DNA of 64,000 nucleotides, from positions 171,562 to 235,561 of the IMG/VR virus record IMGVR_UViG_3300042889_001272, one strand, 5' to 3'. Position numbers and translations under genes: made by a program. The notes under the pieces are model-generated. The model was not told the origin of the DNA, ran no database searches, and worked only from the letters and a program-made list of their open reading frames with translations. Below are positions 55,217 to 64,000 of this stretch, one piece after another; position 1 is the stretch's first letter, and each line of letters starts with the position of its first letter.

Positions 55217-55450
55217 ATGCTAAAAACAGTAAGTGAAGAAGTTAAATTGTTTCGATTAGATATTTGTAAGAGTTGTGACAATTTCAACAAAACAATTAAG
55301 ATTTGCAAACACTGCGGATGTTATATGCCAGCTAAATCAATGTTTGCGTCTGCTAACTGTCCTGAAGATAAATGGACAACCAGTCGGCCCAGTGAAAATC
55401 TAATAAATAAGATAGAAGAAATGATTCTCGAAAGCTGGAATAAACAATGA
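55217..55450 (+). CDS. Small Cys-rich metal-binding protein
   Basis: RLDICKSC..CKHCGCYMPAK..CPEDKW. Confidence 0.75.
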   Translation: MLKTVSEEVKLFRLDICKSCDNFNKTIKICKHCGCYMPAKSMFASANCPEDKWTTSRPSENLINKIEEMILESWNKQ

Positions 55451-55845
55451 CCGACATATACACAAAATTGCATGGTACAACCACTGATAGATTTAAAATA
55501 GGCTTAAAGAACCAACGTGTAACTTTGTCCGGAGTCACAAGTAATACAGCAACCGCAGAATTATTAGACAGGGATAGTTTAAAATACACAGTTGAATCCA
55601 CAGTATTTTTTACAGCTTATATTATAGGACAAGGCGTAAACGTAGCCGCTTATGAAATAAAAGGTTGTTATCTTCAAGGTACAGCAACTATATCGGGCTA
55701 TGTTACAAATACATATGTAGACACAGCAGATTTTATAGAACCAACAATAAATTTCAACTCATTGGGTGAAATGACAGTAACCTGTACCGGTGCAGACACT
55801 GATAATATTAACTGGACAGCAGTTATTGATTTTGTTTCAATATAA
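55447..55845 (+). CDS. Hypothetical virion protein
   Basis: ATGA-coupled; Thr-rich all-beta character. Confidence 0.6.
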   Translation: MTDIYTKLHGTTTDRFKIGLKNQRVTLSGVTSNTATAELLDRDSLKYTVESTVFFTAYIIGQGVNVAAYEIKGCYLQGTATISGYVTNTYVDTADFIEPTINFNSLGEMTVTCTGADTDNINWTAVIDFVSI

Positions 55846-55854
55846 GAGAGTAAC

Positions 55855-56988
55855 ATGGCAATTAAAATAAATCACTCAAAAGAAACATTTACACCTGAAA
55901 GTGGTGTACTAGCAATTGATAGTACAGGAGCGATAAAAATACCAGTGGGTTCATCTATCAATCGTCCAACAATTGGCGTACAAGGATATGTCAGATTTGC
56001 AGAAACTGAACCAGAGTATCATGACGGCACAGAATGGAAATCTTTTGCCAGTACAAATTATGTACAATCTCAACTTAATCTCAGTGGACAAACAGTGGCA
56101 CAAGCAATCGCTAACTTGTCATTGGATAGTTTAACTGACGTTACAGTAAGTTTTCCATCAGAAGGTCAAGTATTAGCATATGATGCAATGCTGGGCCAGT
56201 TTAGAAGTCAAAACAATGTATTAACACCTATAACAAGAACATTTACTGCTGATGGCGCCACACTGGAATTTGATATTATTAATTCGGTTAGTTCAGTTAA
56301 CAATTTAGTTGTAACAGTCAACGGTGTAACGCAGGAACCTTTTTACAGCTATACTATTATCAATGGTAATATTGTTGCCTTTGATGAAGCTCCTGAAGAC
56401 GGTGATAGAATACAAGTAAGAATATTAAGAAGTAATACGACAACTGATAGACCGCGTCCGAAGATTCTTGATGTCATTTATGGCACTCTTAGCAACTATC
56501 ACGTAATTACACTAGTTGCCACAGATATCACGTACGGCACTGGTGTTAGAATTGGAGAAGTACCAGTGACAAGAATTGACTATATCAGTCAAAATACCAT
56601 TCAACTCATGGTTGAAAACTCGATTTCGATAAATACATTACAGGGCAAGGACCTTACGCTAGTTGATACTAGTGGAAATGAATTCAGATTTCCTAATCTA
56701 ATTAACTACGGTACTAATGTACCATATTGGACAAATTCCAATTCCTACATAGGAACTTTCTCAGGCGGTAATGCCATTAACTACACATTGGGTGTAAGCA
56801 ATGCTACAAATGTAACATTGACCGCTGCAAATGCCAGCGAACAATCCTTACCATGGCTCATGGTAACTGGAACAAATCTAACAGGTACTGCTCCTAATAA
56901 CAGTAGTCCCAGCAGATATGAAATCACAGTAACGGCTAGCAACGGAAGCGTTAATATAACGAAAAACTTTTGGTTGCTGGTAATTTAA
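55855..56988 (+). CDS. Multi-domain virion fibre/decoration protein
   Basis: GAIKIPVGSSINRP..GYVRF; LDSLTDV..GQVLAYD; FTADG..VTVNGVTQEP..FDEAP module; Ig-like C-terminus. Confidence 0.65.
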   Translation: MAIKINHSKETFTPESGVLAIDSTGAIKIPVGSSINRPTIGVQGYVRFAETEPEYHDGTEWKSFASTNYVQSQLNLSGQTVAQAIANLSLDSLTDVTVSFPSEGQVLAYDAMLGQFRSQNNVLTPITRTFTADGATLEFDIINSVSSVNNLVVTVNGVTQEPFYSYTIINGNIVAFDEAPEDGDRIQVRILRSNTTTDRPRPKILDVIYGTLSNYHVITLVATDITYGTGVRIGEVPVTRIDYISQNTIQLMVENSISINTLQGKDLTLVDTSGNEFRFPNLINYGTNVPYWTNSNSYIGTFSGGNAINYTLGVSNATNVTLTAANASEQSLPWLMVTGTNLTGTAPNNSSPSRYEITVTASNGSVNITKNFWLLVI

Positions 56989-57069
56989 AATTTATTCTCA
57001 AGTTGGCGGCATACCAAACTTAAAAATGCTAATAAAGTTTCGATAGAAACTGGTATAGAGGATAATATC

Positions 57070-57291
57070 ATGCCGATGATTAAAATAAGATCAAGTTCTA
57101 TTATTGGAAGTGTGGACCTCGAAGGAGTTCCAACTGCGCCAACTGCACCGGCTGATACACAAGATTCACAGATCGCATCAACTCAATTCGTTGAGCAAGC
57201 TATCAGTGAATTAGTTGATTCAGCACCCTCGATATTAAACACATTAGCTGAATTGGCAGCGTCGATGAGTAACGACAGTAAACAAACTTAA
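57070..57291 (+). CDS. Truncated paralogue of the N-terminus of the downstream fibre gene (mini-protein or remnant)
   Basis: MPMIKIRSSSIIGSVDLEGVPTAPTA..QIASTQFV..LNTLAELAA aligns without gaps to residues 1-70 of 57335-61663; own GAGG RBS. Confidence 0.7.
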   Translation: MPMIKIRSSSIIGSVDLEGVPTAPTAPADTQDSQIASTQFVEQAISELVDSAPSILNTLAELAASMSNDSKQT

Positions 57292-57334
57292 AAATAAGTT
57301 TCAATAGAAACTTAATAAAAAAGGAATTAATAAT

Positions 57335-60300
57335 ATGCCTATTATTAAAGCAAGGTCGAGCAGTATTATAAGCTCGGTCGACTTACGTGGTCAACCAACA
57401 GCCGCTACAGCCGCTGCCGGTACAAGTACTACACAAATTGCGTCTACCGGTTTCGTTCGTCAAGCCGTAGCAGACTTAATCGCTTCAGCACCAAACGTAC
57501 TAGATACATTAAATGAACTAGCTGCCGCACTTGGTAATGATGCAAATTTTTCAACAACAATTACAACTGCATTAGCAGGTAAAGTTGCATTAGCTGGCAG
57601 CACAATGACAGGTCTATTGACATTGTCAGGTGCTCCACAAGATGACTTACATGCCGCTACTAAATTGTATGTAGATCAAGCTATCAATTCTCAAATGATT
57701 TATAGCACAGACGACGTTGATGAAGGTACAACAAACGTGTACTTCACAGAAGAACGTGCTCGTGCTTCTGTTTCATTGACAAGTGATAACCCTACAGTTA
57801 TTACTTATAATCAAGCAACTGGTGCATTCACTTATGTACACCCAAACAGTGACGGTATCTTGGAAGGTACAACTAACAAGTATTACACAACAGTACGTGT
57901 ACGTAATGACATTGGTTTGACCAGCGACGACAACCAAATTTTAAGCTATGGTTCAAGTACAGGTACATTTACTTTTACAACACCTGATACTGATAAAATC
58001 GTTGAAGGTGCAATTAACCAATATTTCACTACAGTTCGTGCTCGTAATAGCATCAGCAACGGTGCTAACATCGACTATGATGCAGCCACTGGTATTATTA
58101 GTACACAGGCCGCTGTTTGGAGTGTTAACACACAAACTGGTGATGTCGTATTAGATACAGACAACGTTGATGAAGGTGCAACAAACTTGTACTTCAGTAA
58201 TGTTCGTGCAGCCGGAGCAATCACGTTAACAACCAACGATTCCAGCATCTTGTCATATGCAAGTGGTGCGTTTACATTTGCCAAACCTGACACTGATAAA
58301 GTTGCTGAAGGTGCAACTAATCAATACTTTACAACACTTCGTGCTCGTGAAAGCATTTCTGCAACTGGATGGAATATTTTAAGTTATAATGACCAGACTG
58401 GTGTTATAAACATTACTGCTCCGACTACAACTAATGTCACAGAAGGCGACAACTTATACTTCACAGATCTTCGTGCTCGTAACGCAGTTAGTGCAACTAA
58501 AGTAAGTGGTGATGGTGCATTCAGCTACGACAGCGCAACTGGTGTATTCAGCTATACTGGTCCAGATGATGCTGACTATCGTCAAGCAGTTAGTGCCAAC
58601 GCCGCCAGCGGTGATGGTGATCTGCAATATAGTAGTTCGACAGGTGTGTTTACATATGACGGTCCGACAAACTCTGACTATCGTGGTGCAGTAAGTGCAG
58701 TTCGTGCCAGCGGTGATGGTAACCTTGCTTATGACAGCGCAACTGGTGTATTCACATATACAGGCCCAAGTGACAGCGAAGTTCGCGCTCACTTCATGGC
58801 TTACAACAATGGTGGATATGGTAGCATAGGCTATGACTCTGCAACTGGTATCATTTCATATAATGGAGTTACTTCTGCAAATATTCGTGGTGAAATCACT
58901 GCAACAACAAGCGGCTCCGGCCACGGTGGTCTAACATATGACAGCGCAACTGGCGTAGTTACATACGCTAAAGTAACAAGTGCAAACGTTCGTGGCGAAG
59001 TAAGTGCTTTTACAGCTAGCGGTATTGAATATACAACTGCTACTGGTACATTCAGCTTAAATCAAATTCCTAATACAAGTTTGACAAACAGCGATGTAAC
59101 AATCAACGGTTATGCTATTGCTTTAGGTACTAGCAAAACATTGAACGCTGATGATATTGCTGAAGCAGTTGGTGGTACTAACAAGTATTTCACAGAAGCA
59201 CGTTTCGATACATCTTTGGCTGGTAAAACAACTGATGATGTTGCTGAAGGTGACAACCTATATTACACACAAGGTCGTTTTGACACAGCATTTGCTGCCA
59301 AGTCAACAACTGACTTAGCCGAAGGTACAAACGAGTACTTTACAACAACTCGCGCTCGTAACAGCGTAAGTGGCGGTACAGGTGTAACATACACTGCTGG
59401 TACAGGTGTTATTGAAATTGGTCAGCCAGTTGCTACAACTGACAACGTTACTTTCGGTGACGTAACAGTTAGTGGTGACTTAACAGTTAATGGTACAATG
59501 ACTGCTGTAAATTCTACAACAGTTACTATTGCTGATAAGAACTTGACATTGGCAAGCGGTTCTGCAAATGCTGCTGAAGCCAACGGCGCTGGTATTACCA
59601 TTGAAGGTCCTACAGTTCCTGCAACATTCATATACACAAGTGCAGATGACAGCTGGAACGTAAACAAAAATGTTAACGTGACAAGCGTAGTTGTTAGTTC
59701 AACTGTTACAGCCACACAAGGCTTTATTGGTGATTTGACCGGTGATGTAACCGGCGACGTTGATGCAGCCAATGTTAGTGTAAGTTCATTAACTAATGGT
59801 CGTGTAGTGCTTGCTGGTGTTGCCGGAGACTTAGTTGATGACGATGCATTGACATTCAATTCAACTACTAATATTTTATCAGCAGTAGGCGTACAAGCGC
59901 AAACAGTTGGTGTAAGTACTATCACATCTGGTAGCATTGTATTTGCAGACGGTTCTTCTGGCGAATTGATTGGAAATGCAAACTTATCGTTCAACAAAAC
60001 TTCTGGACAATTGAATGCAACAACATTTGCAGGTAACTTACAAGGTGACGTAACTGGTAACGTAACTGGTAACGTACTAGGTAATGTAACAGGTACAGTT
60101 AGCGATATCAGCAACCATACAACTGACACATTGACAGAAGGTGTAACAAACTTATACGCTACTGCTACTCGTGTACGTCAAGCATTAAGTGGTGGCAACA
60201 GTGGCACTGGTTATGGTAGCCTAAGCTACAACAGCACAACTGGCGCATTCACATTTGCTAAAGTAACATCTGCAGACGTTCGTGGCGAAGTAAGTGCAGT

Positions 60301-61663
60301 TAAAGACAGCGGCGATGGTAACTTCAGTTACGACAGCACAACTGGTGCATTTACATACACTGGTCCAACTGACGCTGATTACCGCGATGCAGTTAGTGCA
60401 AATAAAGTAAGCGGCGACGGTAACTTCAGCTATGACAGTGCAACTGGCGTGTTCAGTTATACTGGTCCTAGTCCTACAGATGCTCGCGCTCACTTCAGTG
60501 CAGTTGATGCTGGTGGTGATGGTAGTTTCGGCTACGATCAAGCTACAGGCGTATTCACATACACTGGTCCAAGTGCTGCCGAAGTTCGTGCTCACATCAA
60601 TGCAGTAACAGCAGAAGGTGCTACATATGATAGTGCAACTGGTGCTATTGGTTTAGCTAACGTTCCAAACGCAAGTTTGGCAAACAGCAGTATCACAATC
60701 AACGGTGCTACTATTGCCTTGGGCGGTAGTGATACATTAGATAGTGATGACATCGGCGAAGGTGCTGTAAACCAGTACTTCTTAAACAGCCGTGCTCGTA
60801 ATGCTATTAGTTTGACAACTGGTGACAGTAGTGTATTAGCCTACGATCAAGCTACAGGTGTATTCACATTCAGCTTGACTGGTATTAACAGTGATGAAGT
60901 TCAAGAAGGCAGTGTAAACTTATATTTTACAACACTTCGTGCCCGTAATAGTATCAGCAACGGTAGTAATATCAATTATGATCCAGCAACTGGTGTTGTC
61001 AGTACATTGGCAGCAGTTCATAGTGTTAACGCACAAACCGGTGTTGTTGTATTAGATACAGATAACATTGATGAAGGTGCAACAAACTTGTACTTCAGTA
61101 ATGTTCGTGCAGCCGGCGCAATTACTTTGGTAACTGATGACGCCGACATCTTGAGCTATGCTACAGGTACAGGTACATTTACTTTTGTAACACCTGACAC
61201 TGATTCTATTGACGAAGGTGCAGTAAATCAGTACTACACAGTTGAACGTGGCGAAGCAGTAATTGCGGCTGCTAGCGTATTTGACTTAGCCGACGTTGCC
61301 AGTGATGGCGTAGTAAATGACGGTTATTCTTTGGTTTGGAACTCTGCATTGCAGACTTTCATTGCACAGAACATTGCAGTTACAGTAAACACACTAAACT
61401 TCACTGGTGATGGTACGACAACAAGTTTCAATACTGAACTTGAAATCAACACTATCAATGACGTTCAAGTGTATATCAACGGTTTGGTACAAGCACCAAC
61501 ATACTCTTTCACAATTAACACAGTTAATGATGAAACAAGTATCGTGTTTGATGCCGCTCCGGAAGCTGACGATTACATCATGGTTCGCGCAACACCAACT
61601 GCACAGTTAAGTGCTGGTGGTATTTTGAACGAAAACAGTACAATCGACGGTGGTACATATTAA
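57335..61663 (+). CDS. Long repeat-rich tail fibre protein
   Basis: 1442 aa; about 14 TDxxxEGxxNxY(F/Y)TxxR repeats and about 10 GDGxFxYDSATGVFxYTGP-type repeats. Confidence 0.8.
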   Translation: MPIIKARSSSIISSVDLRGQPTAATAAAGTSTTQIASTGFVRQAVADLIASAPNVLDTLNELAAALGNDANFSTTITTALAGKVALAGSTMTGLLTLSGAPQDDLHAATKLYVDQAINSQMIYSTDDVDEGTTNVYFTEERARASVSLTSDNPTVITYNQATGAFTYVHPNSDGILEGTTNKYYTTVRVRNDIGLTSDDNQILSYGSSTGTFTFTTPDTDKIVEGAINQYFTTVRARNSISNGANIDYDAATGIISTQAAVWSVNTQTGDVVLDTDNVDEGATNLYFSNVRAAGAITLTTNDSSILSYASGAFTFAKPDTDKVAEGATNQYFTTLRARESISATGWNILSYNDQTGVINITAPTTTNVTEGDNLYFTDLRARNAVSATKVSGDGAFSYDSATGVFSYTGPDDADYRQAVSANAASGDGDLQYSSSTGVFTYDGPTNSDYRGAVSAVRASGDGNLAYDSATGVFTYTGPSDSEVRAHFMAYNNGGYGSIGYDSATGIISYNGVTSANIRGEITATTSGSGHGGLTYDSATGVVTYAKVTSANVRGEVSAFTASGIEYTTATGTFSLNQIPNTSLTNSDVTINGYAIALGTSKTLNADDIAEAVGGTNKYFTEARFDTSLAGKTTDDVAEGDNLYYTQGRFDTAFAAKSTTDLAEGTNEYFTTTRARNSVSGGTGVTYTAGTGVIEIGQPVATTDNVTFGDVTVSGDLTVNGTMTAVNSTTVTIADKNLTLASGSANAAEANGAGITIEGPTVPATFIYTSADDSWNVNKNVNVTSVVVSSTVTATQGFIGDLTGDVTGDVDAANVSVSSLTNGRVVLAGVAGDLVDDDALTFNSTTNILSAVGVQAQTVGVSTITSGSIVFADGSSGELIGNANLSFNKTSGQLNATTFAGNLQGDVTGNVTGNVLGNVTGTVSDISNHTTDTLTEGVTNLYATATRVRQALSGGNSGTGYGSLSYNSTTGAFTFAKVTSADVRGEVSAVKDSGDGNFSYDSTTGAFTYTGPTDADYRDAVSANKVSGDGNFSYDSATGVFSYTGPSPTDARAHFSAVDAGGDGSFGYDQATGVFTYTGPSAAEVRAHINAVTAEGATYDSATGAIGLANVPNASLANSSITINGATIALGGSDTLDSDDIGEGAVNQYFLNSRARNAISLTTGDSSVLAYDQATGVFTFSLTGINSDEVQEGSVNLYFTTLRARNSISNGSNINYDPATGVVSTLAAVHSVNAQTGVVVLDTDNIDEGATNLYFSNVRAAGAITLVTDDADILSYATGTGTFTFVTPDTDSIDEGAVNQYYTVERGEAVIAAASVFDLADVASDGVVNDGYSLVWNSALQTFIAQNIAVTVNTLNFTGDGTTTSFNTELEINTINDVQVYINGLVQAPTYSFTINTVNDETSIVFDAAPEADDYIMVRATPTAQLSAGGILNENSTIDGGTY

Positions 61664-61687
61664 TATCTAACGGTATTAGTAAACTAG

Positions 61688-61713
61688 GAAAAGGTGCTTT
61701 CGGGCACCTTTTC
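61688..61713 (+). terminator. Intrinsic terminator with UUCG loop
   Basis: GAAAAGGTGCT-TTCG-GGCACCTTTTC. Confidence 0.85.
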
Positions 61714-61728
61714 TCTTTTGTAAATCTA

Positions 61729-61736
61729 CATAAATA
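61729..61736 (+). promoter_or_regulatory. Late promoter-like CATAAATA
   Basis: Just after terminator, upstream of AGGA RBS. Confidence 0.5.
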
Positions 61737-61776
61737 AACTATAAAATATCGTTTTACAACGACAGGAATATTCTCA

Positions 61777-62277
61777 ATGCCAATTTTTCGAGGTAAACAA
61801 TTCGTCAGCGCAGAATCCGATTATAAGGACAGCGCAAGGGTTGTTCAACGAACAAATATTAATCTCAACACTTTAATTTATACCATTGATAATGTCAATC
61901 TGGCGCATAAAAATAGAGTGTTATTGGTGGGTCAGACTACTGCTAGTCAAAACGGAATTTATATGTGGAATTCATTGTCTTCTAAATTAGTAAGATCCGA
62001 TGATGCCGACAGTAACAATGAAGTTTCAGCAGGACTTAAAGTCTATGTTGAAGAAGGCGATGTAAACGCCAAAACAACTTGGGTATTGATTACTCCTGGT
62101 ATAATTACTTTGGGTACCACTGCACTTACATTTGTTAGAGAAAATAGACTAGGGGCTTTAGAAACAGCAGGAACTTATGGTTCTGGATCAAAAAGTGTGG
62201 TTTTAACCATAGACGAATACGGAATGATAACTCAAGTCACTGAAGTTGACATCAATTTGGATGCCGGCGAATATTAA
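61777..62277 (+). CDS. Fibre-associated structural protein
   Basis: IDNVNL..NRVLLVGQTTASQNGIY..RSDDAD..VYVEEG module common in phage fibre proteins. Confidence 0.7.
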   Translation: MPIFRGKQFVSAESDYKDSARVVQRTNINLNTLIYTIDNVNLAHKNRVLLVGQTTASQNGIYMWNSLSSKLVRSDDADSNNEVSAGLKVYVEEGDVNAKTTWVLITPGIITLGTTALTFVRENRLGALETAGTYGSGSKSVVLTIDEYGMITQVTEVDINLDAGEY

Positions 62278-62322
62278 ATCTGCGCTATTTATAACATAAT
62301 TCAAAGTAATACTCAAGTTTTA

Positions 62323-62330
62323 GATAAATA
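62323..62330 (+). promoter_or_regulatory. Late promoter-like GATAAATA
   Basis: Intergenic, upstream of AAGGGAG RBS. Confidence 0.55.
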
Positions 62331-62384
62331 ATCTAGAACGGTAAGATCGAATATTTTATCGTCCCTTAAGGGAGTATATACTCA

Positions 62385-64000
62385 ATGGCAAATCAAATTA
62401 TTTTAAAGCGTAGTTCTACGCCGGGCAAAGTTCCAACGACAGCCCAGCTAGCACTAGGTGAAATCGGCATTAACACATATGACGGTTTAATTTATATCAA
62501 AAAAAATGACGGCTCTGACAGCGTTGTTCAAATCGGCGGTGTTACAAGCGTTAACACTAAAACAGGCGCCGCAGTTTTAAGCACTACAGATATTGCAGAA
62601 GGAACTGCACAATATTTTACAAATGCTCGCGCACGTGGTGCAATCAGTGCAGGAACTGGTATTTCTTATAGCAGTAGCACAGGTGCAATCAGCACAGCAC
62701 AAAACTTATCTACAGCAGGCACTCCTGAATTTGCAGGTATGACATTAACTGCTGGCATTTCTAGTATTGCTGGTAGTATTGTTCCAAGTGCAGACGTTAC
62801 ATATGACTTGGGTAGTCCAAGCAAGCAGTGGAAAGATATCTACGTTGGTCCAGGTTCTTTGTATGTTAACGGACAAAAAGTTCTTCAAGACGATTCAGGT
62901 ACAATTACATTCTCAGCTGACCTAGACGAAAACATTCGTATCAAGACTCTTGGTACAGGTATCTTACAGTTGGGTTCTAGTACATCTACTATCCAAGTTG
63001 ACAGCACATTGCAAATTTCTGCTGGTAAGAACATCACTGACAGCGCAGGTATCAAGGTTAACTTTGGTGACACTATTGAAATGAACGGTAACAAAGTTAT
63101 CGGTCTTGGTGCTCCAAGTAGTGCTAATGATGCAGCCACAAAGACTTATGTTGACACAGCTATTGGTAACATCAGCACAAGTACTCTTACTCAAGGTAAC
63201 AGTAATATTGCAGTAGTTGACAGTGGTACTGGCACAGTTACAGTTACAGTTGACGGTACAACTGCATTGACAGTTGATGCAACTGGTGTTGTAGTTGCTG
63301 GTAACTTCACAGTTAGCGGCACAACAACAAGTGTTAACTCAAACACAATTAACTTGGCCGACAACATCATTACTTTAAACAGTGATGCCACTGGCGCACC
63401 AACACAAAATGCTGGACTTGAAGTTGAACGTGGTGATGATGCTAATACACAAGTTCGTTGGAACGAAGGCACTGACAAGTGGACATTCACTAACGATGGC
63501 GCTGTTTACTACCCAATAGCAGTTAGCACAACAGACTTGGCTGAAGGTACAAATCAATACTTTACAGATGCTCGCGCACGTAGTGCATTAAGCATTACAA
63601 ATAGCACTGGTATCAGCTACAACAGTGGAACTGGTGTATTTGCTTTAGGTTCTATTCCAAATACTTCTTTATCAAACAACAGCATCACTATCAACGGCAC
63701 AAGCGTGGCATTAGGTGGTACACGTACTTTGGACACCGATGCAGTCAGCGAAGGCGTTACAAACAAGTATTTCAGCAACACATTGGCACGTGGTGCAATA
63801 AGTGGCAGCACTGGTATTAGTTATAACAGTTCAACTGGTGCAATTAGTTCTACTATCACTCAGTACACAGATGCATTGGCACGTGGTGCAATAAGTGGCA
63901 GCACTGGTATTAGTTATAACAGTTCAACTGGTGCAATTAGTTCTACTATCACTCAGTACACAGATGCATTGGCACGTGGTGCAATAAGTGGCAGCACTGG
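62385..64000 (+). CDS. Tail fibre protein with Mtd-N-like N-terminus, 3' end outside window
   Basis: Not in ORF track (runs off edge). MANQIILKRSSTPGKVPTTAQLALGEIGINTYDGLIYIKK..., then TDxxEGxxxYFTxxRARGAIS repeats. Confidence 0.8.
   Translation, partial: MANQIILKRSSTPGKVPTTAQLALGEIGINTYDGLIYIKKNDGSDSVVQIGGVTSVNTKTGAAVLSTTDIAEGTAQYFTNARARGAISAGTGISYSSSTGAISTAQNLSTAGTPEFAGMTLTAGISSIAGSIVPSADVTYDLGSPSKQWKDIYVGPGSLYVNGQKVLQDDSGTITFSADLDENIRIKTLGTGILQLGSSTSTIQVDSTLQISAGKNITDSAGIKVNFGDTIEMNGNKVIGLGAPSSANDAATKTYVDTAIGNISTSTLTQGNSNIAVVDSGTGTVTVTVDGTTALTVDATGVVVAGNFTVSGTTTSVNSNTINLADNIITLNSDATGAPTQNAGLEVERGDDANTQVRWNEGTDKWTFTNDGAVYYPIAVSTTDLAEGTNQYFTDARARSALSITNSTGISYNSGTGVFALGSIPNTSLSNNSITINGTSVALGGTRTLDTDAVSEGVTNKYFSNTLARGAISGSTGISYNSSTGAISSTITQYTDALARGAISGSTGISYNSSTGAISSTITQYTDALARGAISGST
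63781..64000 (+). repeat. Perfect 93-bp coding tandem repeat (31 aa)
   Basis: Units start 63781, 63874, 63967, nucleotide-identical, encode LARGAISGSTGISYNSSTGAISSTITQYTDA; continues off window. Confidence 0.95.

Noticed and set aside
1-64000. Alternative genetic code (stop-codon recoding) as in some jumbo phages
   Set aside because: Long intact ORFs, including 9 kb and all core genes, under the standard code; no fragmentation.
1-64000. CRISPR array, tRNA, tmRNA, integrase or transposase
   Set aside because: No spacer-separated repeats; all tandem repeats are in-frame coding; no cloverleaf or tmRNA termini spotted by eye (tRNAscan/ARAGORN not run).
62385-64000. Diversity-generating retroelement targeting the Mtd-like fibre
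   Set aside because: Only the N-terminal Mtd-like segment is present; no reverse transcriptase or adenine-mismatched TR/VR pair in the window.

Overview
64-kb fragment of a large lytic T4-related (contractile-tailed, probably jumbo) dsDNA phage; AT-rich, standard genetic code, no tRNA/rRNA/CRISPR/integrase seen, host not determinable from the window. Layout: (i) 1-13078 (-): a tightly coupled 16-gene enzyme operon behind a perfect T4-type late promoter (GatZ/KbaZ-like, AroE-like, SnoaL, nucleotidyltransferase-kinase fusion, cupin, 2 SGNH-like, 3 'SGQxR' paralogues, radical SAM, several glycosyltransferase-like genes) that looks like a glycan synthesis/modification locus; (ii) 13133-28794 (-): tail/baseplate genes incl. 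a Gly-Tyr-repeat protein, a 2991-aa protein, gp6 and gp25; (iii) 28865-34048: HNH gene and an early island (three consensus sigma70 promoters, ATP-dependent DNA ligase, MazG-like NTPase, small ORFs); (iv) 34045-40776 (-): baseplate hub module (gp5-like, hub, M23 peptidase, gp53-like, tube initiator); (v) 40857-45926 (+): gp55 late sigma, gp47, gp46, acyl carrier protein, Hc1-like protein, a minimal GIY-YIG nuclease and about 520 nt of non-coding, strongly base-pairable sequence; (vi) 45927-55138: gp26-like, tape measure, portal, core, protease, scaffold, major capsid; (vii) 55217-64000 (+): repeat-rich fibre genes. Best leads: the GIY-YIG + candidate structured RNA unit; the late glycan-modification operon; a set of apparently leaderless mRNAs (TAAATA-N5-ATG); two apparently dead muramidase domains beside an intact M23 peptidase; ACP translationally coupled to the SMC-like gp46. 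All family assignments are from motif recognition by eye; no database search or folding program was run.
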